Assembly (NCBI GenBank): GCA_963778115.1
Contig: CAVZSV010000004.1
Coordinates: 1,984,001 to 2,048,000, forward strand
Direction of reading: 5' to 3'
DNA: 64,000 bases
Origin: an uncultured delta proteobacterium
GTDB taxonomy: Bacteria > Bdellovibrionota > FAC87 > UBA2466
In this document: piece by piece, positions 31,624-41,663 of the stretch
Layout: every line of letters begins with the position of its first letter
Numbering within the stretch: position 1 is the first letter of the stretch
Notes under the pieces: model-generated
What the model saw: only the letters and a program-made list of their open reading frames with translations
What the model was told of the DNA's origin: nothing
The model's database searches: none
Position numbers and translations under genes: made by a program

Positions 31624-31670
31624 GAGTCTCGCCATCATATAGACGCTCTGGTAGCATCGTGATCGTCATC

Positions 31671-32624
31671 ATGAAATATCTTCTCGTATTTTTCTTACTC
31701 CTTACCTCAAGCAGTAGGCTAATGGCCGATTATGGCTGGATGCCCAAAGATCAGGGTTTGTTCTTAAGCGTCGGTGGGGATTATTTCCAATCGGGAGACA
31801 ATTTCCAAACTAACGGCACCCATTCTCCTATCCTCTACGACGGAGCCAGTTCGCGCTACACGGCATATCATTTTTGGGCGGAACCCGAATACACGTTTAC
31901 CTCCAACTGGTCGGGACGTCTTCGTTTGGGATTTATTTCCAATTCAGTTAGTTCGAATAGCGGAATCAATTTTCTTTCGGGCAGTGGCATCTCGGAAATT
32001 TTGCTGGGAGTAAAATATCGCGTAACTACTTCGCAGCCTTCCTTGGTGATTGAAACGACGGTGAAATTCCCCACAACTTCAAATTATGTCACTGCTGCGA
32101 CGGCCGATACTGCCCTGCTTCCCGCCGACGGCAGTGTGGATGTCGGACTTACGTTTCACGGCGGCTATCATCATAAAGCTCTCTTACTGGCGGTCTCGCC
32201 AGAGTTCTTGGTCCGAAGCTCAGGTTTCGCTCCCGCCGTTTTCATTAGAGGGGGAGCCGGGGTTAGTTTTCCTGAAGGATATTTCTTGGCGACTAGCGAT
32301 CTTTACGCGTCCTTGGGGACCAATCTGCTGTTTGATAGCTCTCTCAATATTCATGATGCGGCCGGCACCGGCGGGTCTTATGCCCTTCTTTCCGGGAGCC
32401 CGTCGGTTTTCACCGTCGGATTCAAGGGCGGAGTTCGCGTCGTGGGAAATGGTTTTTTCGAAGCCTTTTTCCGTCAGGCGGTATGGGGAGTCCGGGCGCC
32501 CTACTTTTATCAAATCGGAATCAACGCTTTAATTACTTTTGATTTTCATGTCGCCGATACCCGAGTGAAAGCCCACGAAATTCCCTTCGATTCGGAACCC
32601 GAAACCAATCCCGACGGAATGTAA
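31671..32624 (+). CDS. Hypothetical exported protein, probable outer-membrane beta-barrel
   Basis: Signal peptide; alternating aromatic/Gly beta-strand pattern. Confidence 0.6.
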   Translation: MKYLLVFFLLLTSSSRLMADYGWMPKDQGLFLSVGGDYFQSGDNFQTNGTHSPILYDGASSRYTAYHFWAEPEYTFTSNWSGRLRLGFISNSVSSNSGINFLSGSGISEILLGVKYRVTTSQPSLVIETTVKFPTTSNYVTAATADTALLPADGSVDVGLTFHGGYHHKALLLAVSPEFLVRSSGFAPAVFIRGGAGVSFPEGYFLATSDLYASLGTNLLFDSSLNIHDAAGTGGSYALLSGSPSVFTVGFKGGVRVVGNGFFEAFFRQAVWGVRAPYFYQIGINALITFDFHVADTRVKAHEIPFDSEPETNPDGM

Positions 32625-32707
32625 CTAAAAGGTGCCCGTCGACTTTCGGGACCTTTTTCTTTATCGAATGCTAGGGAGGTCCCGAAAGTCGACGGGCACC
32701 TTTTAGT
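32624..32707. repeat. Perfect 31-bp inverted repeat with 22-nt spacer
   Basis: ACTAAAAGGTGCCCGTCGACTTTCGGGACCT (32624-32654) and its exact reverse complement (32677-32707). Confidence 0.9.
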
Positions 32708-32794
32708 CTTTTAGTTTTTAGTCACCTTCTAGCCAGCTGTAGGTTTGTTGGACGGAGAATACGGGGCATCCTATTGATTTCACATAATAAATAT

Positions 32795-32810
32795 GGGCAT
32801 TAGGCTTGCA
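32795..32810 (+). promoter_or_regulatory. Putative sigma54 -24/-12 promoter
   Basis: GGGCATTAGGCTTGCA (GG-N10-GC with TTGCA); AT-rich IHF-like sequence just upstream. Confidence 0.55.
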
Positions 32811-32829
32811 GCGTTAAGGCTGGGGGAGT

Positions 32830-34911
32830 ATGGGAATACGGCCTTACATAGCAAGCTTTGCCATCGTCTTTCTTATCATTAGTACGGGCGTGCGTGCGGA
32901 AAGTCCGTCAACTCCTCAAAATACCGATCCTGCTCCACAAACCTGGCGGCAACGACTGATGCGCTGGATCCAACCCCAATGGGTTGATCTTTCCACACGA
33001 GCTTTTGATGGATCTAAAAAACCCGGCGACGGAAATGCAAACGGCGATGACGGATCAAACGACTCGTCGGCGAACAACTCAAAAAATGGAAACAGAAATA
33101 ATTCGGCCCTGGGATCAGGCGCTACTTTGGGATCACTTTCGGGAGCTCAAGGCGGTAACGACGGCTCCAACAAAAGCGGAAACGGTGATGGAAACGCAGA
33201 TGACAGTGATCGCGGAGGCCAACCTCCTGCCATGGGAGGCGGCGGAGGGGGAGGAAGTATCGCTTTTCCCAAATGGTGGCCAGCGTGCGTTTTTATCGAT
33301 CCCAAATACGGCAATGGAAACGACATCATCAAAGGGGCAGTCGAAATTGCCGCTAAATGCCAGGTAAATTTGGTAGTGATTCCAATCACGGTCTTGCCAG
33401 GTTCATACGGTCCCAGCGAGAAAGATATCAATGCCAAACAGAAGGCCTCTTGCAATATCGGTTCAACTTTCGGAGTTCCCAATTGGTCGACTTCAACGAT
33501 CAATCAGTTCCCCGATCCTCCCGCTGAAATGTGCGACGTTCCCTTAGATAAATCGAAAGGCGGACCTCCCTGGGATACCGGCGTCGCCGGTTGCGCGCAA
33601 TTGGCCTCTGGTTCTAAGGCGGCTGGCGACGGGCAATCAGGTGGTGTGGGAACGGGGGGAGCAACCCCCTCAATCGAAAATGCAGGAGGAGCCAATTCCG
33701 GAGTTCTCATGCATGAAATGATTGGCCACAGCGAAATGGGAATGCCAAATTATGAAGAAGGTAAGAAGCCTCCGATGACGGATCTGGGACTAGGGATTGG
33801 GAAAGAAAATGGGAGTGCAAAACTAGATCTGGATAAGATCATCAATAGCCTCTATGCCGCCGCTGGGATTAGTCGTATTCCTCAGACGGAAATTCCCGAA
33901 GTGGGCGCCGTAGAAGGGCAAGATCTCAAGGGTGAAGGCTTTAACGGAATTGGATGCGGAATTTTCTTTGCCAACGCTTACAAAAACGACGGCCGGTGGC
34001 GGTATGATCCCAAACAAACGACCTATTATGTAAAAGAAGAAAATCCGGAGCGACAATGGCCACTAGGAAAACCACTCTTTGGACCTCCCGGGCCTGCCCC
34101 TCAAACAGGATCGCCTCAGGTAGTGGGTGATCCTAGAGGAAGCGAGGAGCTCACCGTCGATGACTCCACTCCAAAAGGAGCCTCATCGACCGATCAGGGA
34201 CTATCAGCAGTCGCCCCTCCGGGAGACACGGCCGATCCCAGACACAAGATGCGCCCCGGAGATACCAATTCCACCGACTCTTTGGTCGCGAACTTGAAAA
34301 AGGCCATCGCTTCGCCCGACGATCCCAGTCAGGTTCCTAATTATCCTCCCGACAAACCCGGTGTTGAGAAATCAGCGCGACTCGTTTTCGATGACACAGT
34401 GAAAAAAGGGGCCGTCAATTTAGGGGATAACGGAGGCAACGATACTCAAACCTCTCAGAATTATAGTCCCGGCTCCATGGGCTCTCAAGGAAACGACCAA
34501 CCCGATACCTCGGGTGCAAGCGGTGGATCCCCCTCCGGAAATGGCGGCGGAGACAGACTGGTATTTGATGATAACGCAAAAAAAGGGGATGGAACTGATG
34601 GCAGCGACGGGGCAAGCCGAGATCCCTCTTCGATCTTAGATGGCGGGGCGGGTTTCGGAACATCAGCCGGAAGTGCTGGTTTTGGAGGAGGGTCGGGTGG
34701 TATGGCGGGAGGAATGGATGGAGGAGGATTCTCTTCTGGAGTCGGTGCACCTTCCAAAGCCAATTTAAGCAACAGCATGGATTCCGATTTTTTTGACGGT
34801 CGCCCCAGACCAAAACCGGAAAGTCGAAAACGAGTGAAAGGTTCTACGCTAAGAAAGAACGAAAGTGCTGAAGTGGTGGATGACTCGAGAGAGATTTCTG
34901 CCGGTCACTAA
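32830..34911 (+). CDS. Hypothetical secreted Gly/Asp/Ser-rich protein with Cys-rich core and HExxGH motif
   Basis: 693-aa ORF, GGAG RBS, signal peptide (VRA-E), VLMHEMIGHS. Confidence 0.7.
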   Translation: MGIRPYIASFAIVFLIISTGVRAESPSTPQNTDPAPQTWRQRLMRWIQPQWVDLSTRAFDGSKKPGDGNANGDDGSNDSSANNSKNGNRNNSALGSGATLGSLSGAQGGNDGSNKSGNGDGNADDSDRGGQPPAMGGGGGGGSIAFPKWWPACVFIDPKYGNGNDIIKGAVEIAAKCQVNLVVIPITVLPGSYGPSEKDINAKQKASCNIGSTFGVPNWSTSTINQFPDPPAEMCDVPLDKSKGGPPWDTGVAGCAQLASGSKAAGDGQSGGVGTGGATPSIENAGGANSGVLMHEMIGHSEMGMPNYEEGKKPPMTDLGLGIGKENGSAKLDLDKIINSLYAAAGISRIPQTEIPEVGAVEGQDLKGEGFNGIGCGIFFANAYKNDGRWRYDPKQTTYYVKEENPERQWPLGKPLFGPPGPAPQTGSPQVVGDPRGSEELTVDDSTPKGASSTDQGLSAVAPPGDTADPRHKMRPGDTNSTDSLVANLKKAIASPDDPSQVPNYPPDKPGVEKSARLVFDDTVKKGAVNLGDNGGNDTQTSQNYSPGSMGSQGNDQPDTSGASGGSPSGNGGGDRLVFDDNAKKGDGTDGSDGASRDPSSILDGGAGFGTSAGSAGFGGGSGGMAGGMDGGGFSSGVGAPSKANLSNSMDSDFFDGRPRPKPESRKRVKGSTLRKNESAEVVDDSREISAGH

Positions 34912-34913
34912 AC

Positions 34914-36083
34914 TTAAGTTCCCTTGTACCGACGATAACAAAACCAAGCAACAATCGAAAATAAGAAGTTGGGCAACCAAACTCCCAACCAAGGCGATAC
35001 CCAACCCGATATCGCTAGCGCATTCGCCGCTATGTAGGAGAGCCAATACACTAAAGCGACCGCCATGCATAAAACCACGGCGGTGCTTCTTATTCCCCGA
35101 TGGCTTAATGTCGCTATCGCAAAACCAAGCGCTGAGAAGACAACGCAAGAAAAGGAGAGCGAAAATCGTCGATGAAATTCGATAAGAAGTTTACGATGTG
35201 TGGGAATGTCGTGAACGGTCTCCTCTAGCCGTTTTGTAAGTTGAGGATAAGTTAAGGACGGAGGGCTGTAATCGAGACCACCCTCCCCGGCTTCGCCCCC
35301 TACATCAAGATTGATGTCATAAACTTTAAAATCGATAAGTTGCTGAACTCCATCCCGCTGCTTTCGCTCCATATGAATCGTGCCGTTCGTAAGGCGTAGC
35401 GTGAGCACTCCTTTTTCAGACGGGTTTCGCAAAATTCCCGATTGCGCGGTGATAAAAAGAGGATGTTTCTCTTCCCGCTCGTCGTAAAGAAAGACCCGTT
35501 TCATTTCATTTTTTACGGGAACGATATGTTCCGCAAAGAGAACCAGCCCGTAAAAACCTTCCATGAAAACACCCGGCTTGAGTGCTGACATCACTCTCTC
35601 GTTGCGAAGTTTTGAGATCATCACTTCGAAAGAGCGATTGCCTTGGGGCACGGTCCAAAGGGCGGTGTATAAACAGATTCCTGTGACAATGAGCGAAAAA
35701 AAAGCGAGCGGCGAATAGATCTGCCCGAGACTGATTCCGTTAACTTGAAGGGCTAGTATCTCACCTTCGGAATTGGCTCTTGAAATTCCCATAAGGATGG
35801 CAAACAAAAACGCGATAGGAATCGCGATAGGCAGAAAGGAAAGCATCAAGTAGATCGAAATCCTGGCGACATCGATAAGGGCTACTTGATGCAAGACAAT
35901 AAACTCACTAAGGCGTATCGCCTGAAACATGAGCATGATCAAAAGGAAGATGGTCGTCCCCACGACGAAACTAAAAAGAACCTCGTTGGCCACGTATTTG
36001 GTGAGCCTCCAGGTGAAAGGGCGGGAACGTGTGGGAATCAAACTTCCTCCATAAAAAAAGGCATCAAAAAGGGCTAAAGCCAC
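34914..36083 (-). CDS. lptF: LPS export permease, LptF/LptG family
   Basis: 3 TM + periplasmic domain + 3 TM; SEGEILALQVNGIS, EFHRRFS, WLPN. Confidence 0.85.
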   Translation of the reverse strand: MALALFDAFFYGGSLIPTRSRPFTWRLTKYVANEVLFSFVVGTTIFLLIMLMFQAIRLSEFIVLHQVALIDVARISIYLMLSFLPIAIPIAFLFAILMGISRANSEGEILALQVNGISLGQIYSPLAFFSLIVTGICLYTALWTVPQGNRSFEVMISKLRNERVMSALKPGVFMEGFYGLVLFAEHIVPVKNEMKRVFLYDEREEKHPLFITAQSGILRNPSEKGVLTLRLTNGTIHMERKQRDGVQQLIDFKVYDINLDVGGEAGEGGLDYSPPSLTYPQLTKRLEETVHDIPTHRKLLIEFHRRFSLSFSCVVFSALGFAIATLSHRGIRSTAVVLCMAVALVYWLSYIAANALAISGWVSPWLGVWLPNFLFSIVAWFCYRRYKGT

Positions 36084-36169
36084 TTCTCATTGGACCCAAG
36101 GGAGTATACCCGTAGCAAAAAGCTCTGTACACCTGCCCCCGCAATGATACAACCCGAGCGAGGAATAAA

Positions 36170-37468
36170 ATGGACGAGCAGGATACTTTATTCTCGGCTT
36201 CGGCGGCGAGCCAGGCCCCTCTGGCCCAGCAGATGAGGCCCCGACAGATCGACGATATTATTGGTCAAGGCCACTTTCTGAACGAGAGTTTTCGACGCAT
36301 CTTGGCTTCCGATCGGTGGACCGGTTTTATCTTTTGGGGCCCCCCCGGAACCGGAAAGACCACTCTGGCTTCGGTCATCGCAGGTATTACCAAGCGAACT
36401 TACCACACCCTTTCCGCGGTCACTTCCGGCGTCAAAGACATTAGAGAGGTCTTGGATTTGTCTCGAAGCGATGTGAGATCCGGAAAATTAGCCCACATCC
36501 TTTTTATCGATGAAGTGCATCGACTGAATAAGTCCCAGCAGGACGTGCTGCTCCCCTATTTGGAAGAAGGGGCGATTCGTTTTATCGGTGCCACTACGGA
36601 AAATCCATCGTTTGAAATCAATAATGCTATCGCTTCTCGTTGCGTGATTTTTCACTTCAACCCGTTAGATGAAGAGGCGTTGCGAAAGATCTTAACAAGG
36701 GCGGCTACCCGTTTTCCTAATATCGATGCGGCAGTTTTGGATCGCATCGTTCAAGTCTCCGTGGGAGACGCTCGTCGTGCTTTGACCCTTCTCGATCATC
36801 TCACGTTGACCGCACCTGCGAACCAAAAACTAACCCTCGAAGATTTTGAAAAGCTGACTCATTCTCAATCCCTGTACTACGACAAGAAATCGGAAATGCA
36901 TTACGATACCATCTCCGCCTTCATCAAAAGTGTGCGAGGAAGTGATCCGGATGCCGCGGTCTATTATTTGGCGCGCATGCTTGAGGGAGGAGAGGACCCT
37001 CTTTTTGTGGCGAGAAGGCTGATTATCCTAGCATCGGAAGATATTGGAAACGCTTCCCCCATGGGATTGGTATTAGCCTCGAATGCTTTCCAAGCGGTAC
37101 ATGCGATCGGAATGCCTGAAGCCCGCATTATTTTGTCGCAGGTCACCACTTACTTAGCGTCGTGCGAAAAGAGTAACCGAAGCTACATGGCCATTGAAGA
37201 GGCTATCGCTACCGTGAAGACTACCGGCTCGCTTGATATTCCTTACGCCATCCGAAATGCTCCCACCAAACAGATGAAGGAATGGGGCTACGGTAAGGAG
37301 TACAAATACGCCCACAACTATGAGTCAGGTTGGGTATCGATGCAGTTTCTGCCCGATAAGATAAAAGATCGCAGGTTTTATCAACCCAGTAATCACGGAG
37401 TGGAGAAGAATTTGGGTGAATATCTTAAGAAACGTGGAAAAGATTCCGGCTTAAATGAAAACCCGTAA
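36170..37468 (+). CDS. rarA: Replication-associated recombination protein A
   Basis: PLAQQMRP, GPPGTGKTT, GATTENPSF, SAFIKSVRGSDPDA, ASEDIG. Confidence 0.95.
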   Translation: MDEQDTLFSASAASQAPLAQQMRPRQIDDIIGQGHFLNESFRRILASDRWTGFIFWGPPGTGKTTLASVIAGITKRTYHTLSAVTSGVKDIREVLDLSRSDVRSGKLAHILFIDEVHRLNKSQQDVLLPYLEEGAIRFIGATTENPSFEINNAIASRCVIFHFNPLDEEALRKILTRAATRFPNIDAAVLDRIVQVSVGDARRALTLLDHLTLTAPANQKLTLEDFEKLTHSQSLYYDKKSEMHYDTISAFIKSVRGSDPDAAVYYLARMLEGGEDPLFVARRLIILASEDIGNASPMGLVLASNAFQAVHAIGMPEARIILSQVTTYLASCEKSNRSYMAIEEAIATVKTTGSLDIPYAIRNAPTKQMKEWGYGKEYKYAHNYESGWVSMQFLPDKIKDRRFYQPSNHGVEKNLGEYLKKRGKDSGLNENP

Positions 37469-38044
37469 ACCCGCACTTCCGAAATAATTGATGAGCGGGC
37501 CGGGCTGATCCACATTAAGGCCGTAAGCAAACACTTCAAATTCCAGCGCTAGACTCTTGGCTAAACGAATACGAAAGCCCGCACCGGCATTCGCTGAAAT
37601 TCCAGCCTGATTGGGTTCCGAAAAGTAAGTCGATGTCGTAGCGCCCGCGGCCGTGTAGTAGTAACTTCGGGTCGTTTCCATGTAACCCGCTCCCACATAG
37701 ACGTAGGGTTGAAACGCGCTCTTATCTCCCAGAAAATCGATATCCAAACCCAAAGAGTAAATTACCGTTTGGGTGTTAATGTTGGAAAGCGTTCCCACTA
37801 AAGTACTGGAAACTACATCTAATTTGTTCTGAACGGCGCTAATGTTCGAATATCGTGCCTCAAGTCGAATGCCTGTAAAAAGCGTAAAAGCAATTCCGCC
37901 TGCCACATCCACTTCCAGAGTGGAGTTATCAACATCGATGTAATTCTTGGAGACCGATCCTTTTCCGAAAAGTTCGATTCCAGCCTGAGCATGTGCGCAC
38001 AAGACTAGACACAGAACGAAAGCGAGGTGAAGTTTTTTGGGCAT
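37451..38044 (-). CDS. Small outer-membrane beta-barrel protein
   Basis: Signal peptide, PYVYVGAGY, C-terminal GLRVFI. Confidence 0.7.
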   Translation of the reverse strand: MPKKLHLAFVLCLVLCAHAQAGIELFGKGSVSKNYIDVDNSTLEVDVAGGIAFTLFTGIRLEARYSNISAVQNKLDVVSSTLVGTLSNINTQTVIYSLGLDIDFLGDKSAFQPYVYVGAGYMETTRSYYYTAAGATTSTYFSEPNQAGISANAGAGFRIRLAKSLALEFEVFAYGLNVDQPGPLINYFGSAGLRVFI

Positions 38045-38151
38045 GGTTTTATTGTACGCCCAACCCGGACTTGCGACCTCACGCAGCGCACAAATTGGTA
38101 TTAGGTAAAACCGGTTTTGAGTAAGGTAGAATGTAAATTCGGAGGATCCCT

Positions 38152-38979
38152 TTGGCGACGCCAGCTACCCCTACACCACCCCCAAGTACGCCCTCTTTTG
38201 GCCCGGCCTTTGGCATTGAAGCGTTAAATCTATACGACACGATCAACATTAAAGGAATTCGAGCTCTTCTTTCGGGCCGGGTCATCGATAGCAGTCCTAA
38301 CGAACTTCAGCTCCAGTACGGGGACAACAGTTACCTATTCGTTTACCGGTTCGGCTGTATCGTTTTTTTCAATGTAAGCCATGAGGTTAAGGAAAGAGAG
38401 ATAGGAAAGCTTAAAGCGGCTTTGGGAAATGGGCTTACCAGTCCCACCACGGAGAGCTTCCAGGCAATTCAGGGGGAGTCAGCACTCAAAGTCGAATTCG
38501 AATATGTAGAGATGAAAAAATTCAGCTTAGATAGTGTCCGCTTAATATGCGTAAGCGTCGGTCAGTCTGCCGCACTGGAATACTTCGAAATTGAGACCGA
38601 GCGAATGCTAAGCGATACTTTTAACTTAATGAACCAACTCTCCAAAGGAGGGGTAGTCCCTTTGCTTCGGTCAGGAAAGTTACTTAGACTCATTGGCTCC
38701 ACCGCAGCGACCCGGCAACACATCATCAGCAACGTTTCGGTTTTGGATCCGCCTGAAGCGACATGGAAAAGCAAAGAGCTCGGAAAACTTCATTCCGAAG
38801 TTCAGGAAAATTTTGATATTGGCATGCGATTTCGAGTTTTGGATCGAAAGTTGAGCCTTATCCAAGACAACATAGAAATTTTGGCGGATTTGACCTCGAC
38901 TCGCCGGAACATGATGCTCGAAATGCTAATTGCGGCCCTAATTGTTATCGAACTCGTATTCGTGGTTATTCGACACTAA
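38152..38979 (+). CDS. RMD1/DUF155 family protein
   Basis: YRFGCIVFFN, QSAALEYFE, FDIGMRFRVLDRKL, C-terminal TM. Confidence 0.8.
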   Translation: MATPATPTPPPSTPSFGPAFGIEALNLYDTINIKGIRALLSGRVIDSSPNELQLQYGDNSYLFVYRFGCIVFFNVSHEVKEREIGKLKAALGNGLTSPTTESFQAIQGESALKVEFEYVEMKKFSLDSVRLICVSVGQSAALEYFEIETERMLSDTFNLMNQLSKGGVVPLLRSGKLLRLIGSTAATRQHIISNVSVLDPPEATWKSKELGKLHSEVQENFDIGMRFRVLDRKLSLIQDNIEILADLTSTRRNMMLEMLIAALIVIELVFVVIRH

Positions 38980-38983
38980 CAGA

Positions 38984-39295
38984 CTAATAACGTCCGCGAC
39001 CTCCGTCTCGGCCACCTCCAAAACTTCTTCCTCCTCCTGCTCCTCCCGATTTTTCCCGGGCTTCGTCCACCATGATGGGCCTGCCCCTAAGGTCGTGCCC
39101 TTTCATTCGGTTGATAGCTATCGTCGCTTCATCGTCGTTGGGCATCTCCACGAAACCAAACCCTTTCGATCTCCCGGTGTCTTTGTCCTTCACGATTCTC
39201 GCACCCGTGACTTGACCACACTGGGCAAAGAGTTGTGATAATTCGTCCTCGGTGACTTCATAACTTAAATTTCCTACATAGAGTTTCTTGGCCAT
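38984..39295 (-). CDS. RRM RNA-binding protein with Gly/Arg tail
   Basis: LYVGNL (RNP2), KGFGFVEM (RNP1); GGAGG RBS. Confidence 0.93.
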   Translation of the reverse strand: MAKKLYVGNLSYEVTEDELSQLFAQCGQVTGARIVKDKDTGRSKGFGFVEMPNDDEATIAINRMKGHDLRGRPIMVDEAREKSGGAGGGRSFGGGRDGGRGRY

Positions 39296-39592
39296 GGCTA
39301 TCCTCCAATAAATTTCGCGCCCGCGAAATTTAGAAATTCGAGAGTCGAAAATTGAAATTAAGGTTTTGTGGTTGTAAATGGTTCTTAGCTTGGCTGGGTG
39401 AATCTGCGGAGCCGTCGTTACCATTCTTTAACTAAGTATTCCACGGGTCATTAGGGCGATCAAGGCAACCCCCGCCATCCGAGGAGGAGTTAAGCACAGT
39501 GCTACGTGTTATAGCTGCCTCTTCTTACTCTTTCTTTGTCAATTTAATGGCCTAAAGGTATAAGAATCGCGTTAACTTAAGGAGCATTCACT

Positions 39593-39907
39593 ATGTCGAT
39601 GCGATATTTAATTCGTCGGCCCGATCCCACTGACCTTTCTGAGATCAAGAAACGGGTGTCCACTTTGGATTCCGAACTGGGCGCCCCGGCTGAAAACTAT
39701 CGACGGACAGTATCGGTCGAATTTTCTCCCCTTCGTTCCGCCCACTACCATTTGACCACCCGTAAGGTGGGAGAAAGCTGGGTTTGGGTATGCCCGGGAA
39801 TTGAACTCGATGCCGAAAACGAAGAAGGCCTTTTTGAACTAACCGACCAGTTTGGAGTTCCAAGACCCAGCCATCTGGTGGGTAGAGATCAACCTCGGAT
39901 CAGTTAG
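39593..39907 (+). CDS. Hypothetical protein
   Basis: AAGGAG RBS; TTGTCA-N17-TATAAG at 39536-39564. Confidence 0.65.
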   Translation: MSMRYLIRRPDPTDLSEIKKRVSTLDSELGAPAENYRRTVSVEFSPLRSAHYHLTTRKVGESWVWVCPGIELDAENEEGLFELTDQFGVPRPSHLVGRDQPRIS

Positions 39908-39917
39908 CATAGGTACA

Positions 39918-39973
39918 GGTTGCTTCCGGCTTCGCGCAAGGCTACGGCGGACAAGTCGGCTCGCCACAATGAC
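39918..39973. repeat. REP-like element between convergent genes
   Basis: GGTTGCTTC...CAATGAC ends like the 10641 element, with an internal CTTCGCGCAAGGCTACGGCGGACAAG unit. Confidence 0.45.
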
Positions 39974-39996
39974 GAAATTTCGAAGCTGTCTTGACG

Positions 39997-40545
39997 TCAC
40001 TTAACCGTAACTTTCAGCATCTTATCGCCGACCTGAATCTTCTTCACAAATTCCATCCCTTTGGTGACCTGGCCGAAAACGGTGTAGTTGCCGTCCAAGT
40101 GAGGAAGCGTCGCTAAGCAAATATAGAACTGGCTATCGGCAGAGTTAGGATCTGCCGCTCGAGCCATGGCTACCGTTCCTTCAACATGTTTATGGGAATT
40201 AAACTCGGCGGGAATATTCTTGCCGGAGCCGCCCGTTCCGTTGCCATTGGGATCGCCGCCCTGAACGACAAAATCCGGGACCACTCGATGAAACGTTAGA
40301 TTGTTATAGAAACCCTTATTGGCGAGTTCCGTAATCTGCGCGACAGTTTTGGGGGCATCTTTCGGGAAAAGTTCAATTTCAATATTTCCGTATTGAGTTT
40401 CGATTACCATAGTCTGGCCCTCCGCCTTTCCTTGTCCGGGCCCGCTCTCTTTGCCGCCCTGACGGATAATGATTGCAATTAATACAACGCCAACGAGCAA
40501 GACTAAGACGGCCGCAAGAATGCCTTTTTTTACTTTAGGTTCCAT
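39997..40545 (-). CDS. Cyclophilin-type peptidyl-prolyl isomerase, membrane-anchored
   Basis: FHRVVPDFVVQGGDP, VAMARA, SQFYI, HLDGNYTVFG. Confidence 0.93.
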   Translation of the reverse strand: MEPKVKKGILAAVLVLLVGVVLIAIIIRQGGKESGPGQGKAEGQTMVIETQYGNIEIELFPKDAPKTVAQITELANKGFYNNLTFHRVVPDFVVQGGDPNGNGTGGSGKNIPAEFNSHKHVEGTVAMARAADPNSADSQFYICLATLPHLDGNYTVFGQVTKGMEFVKKIQVGDKMLKVTVK

Positions 40546-40589
40546 AAACTACCCAGCGTAGGGGCAGAGTCGACACTTGGCAAGTGCCC

Positions 40590-41663
40590 TCATAGAAAAC
40601 GCCTTGTACTAAAGGGCGAAAGCTTTTCATAACTTCCCTTTCCTGCCAGGCCCGCCGTCAACAAGCTTGCCACTTCAAAGATGAAATTCTGTCGACGGCC
40701 AGCAAAGCCAGAAACAATGTAGACCCCGGGGTTTTCGGGCAGCGATCCCACCAGAGGAAGCCCGTCACAAGTAATGGCCTCCACCGCTAGAGCTGTTCGT
40801 GGATTTTCGCCTGGCTCAATCCAGCCCAGAGACCCAAAGAATTTGCGAACCCCATCGCCGGTCTTTGGATCCGCTACTGAGAGGATGCCGACCGCTTTGT
40901 CTTCAAAAAGGTTTCGATAACTTCCGAGCCATACCAGCTTTTCACCTTTCATCGCAAAATCGACGCCCGAATTAAATAGCGCATAATTAAAGGGGGGAAG
41001 TGTGGCCTTTGAGGTATATCCAAACGCAGAAAGGGTGACAGGAATTATTTTATCTCTCAGGGACGCAAACAGCTGGGGAGGCAAACTCTCCGATACGACG
41101 ATGATAGTCGAAGCTCGCCATTGACGCTTTGCCGTCCCCAAAGTCAGAGTCACCAGCGATTCCATCGACCTCCCTCGTTCGATCGCTACCGTTTTACTTT
41201 GCGTCGGGGAGGTGCCGGATGAGGAAACCAAAGCCGCATTGAGTGCTGCGTTTCCGATGACAAGAACCGGCTCTTCTAAAATGACTTTTTGCCCGTTAAA
41301 CCAGTCCAAAGACTGTGGGTCTGAAGAACAAGACAGCGATCTCAAAAGATTCCGCGAACATTCGAAGTTGGCTTCGGAGAAGGGCCAAATCTGACGGTAA
41401 AGTGACTCTCCAAAAATTAGCCTGGCGTTTTTACTCATTTCGCCGTTGCCGACATGAATAGCGGAGAGAGGAATCTGTCGGCGAGGTTCTACCTCTACTA
41501 GTACGGGACTGAGTCCATTTCTGCGGGCAAAATAGGAAAAAAGCGCCCCCGACCAGTCGTCGCCGCCATCGGCAATAATGACAAGATCGGTAACCGCTTC
41601 TGGGTTTGATTCATTCTCTTTTGATGGGTTTTGCGAACTCGGCCGGGATGGTGACGATGACAT
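40590..41663 (-). CDS. Divergent FAD-dependent oxidoreductase-like protein (DAO/PuuB-like)
   Basis: C-terminal TCDGLPLVGSLP...GVYIVSGFAG; N-terminal dinucleotide motif degenerate. Confidence 0.55.
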   Translation of the reverse strand: MSSSPSRPSSQNPSKENESNPEAVTDLVIIADGGDDWSGALFSYFARRNGLSPVLVEVEPRRQIPLSAIHVGNGEMSKNARLIFGESLYRQIWPFSEANFECSRNLLRSLSCSSDPQSLDWFNGQKVILEEPVLVIGNAALNAALVSSSGTSPTQSKTVAIERGRSMESLVTLTLGTAKRQWRASTIIVVSESLPPQLFASLRDKIIPVTLSAFGYTSKATLPPFNYALFNSGVDFAMKGEKLVWLGSYRNLFEDKAVGILSVADPKTGDGVRKFFGSLGWIEPGENPRTALAVEAITCDGLPLVGSLPENPGVYIVSGFAGRRQNFIFEVASLLTAGLAGKGSYEKLSPFSTRRFL

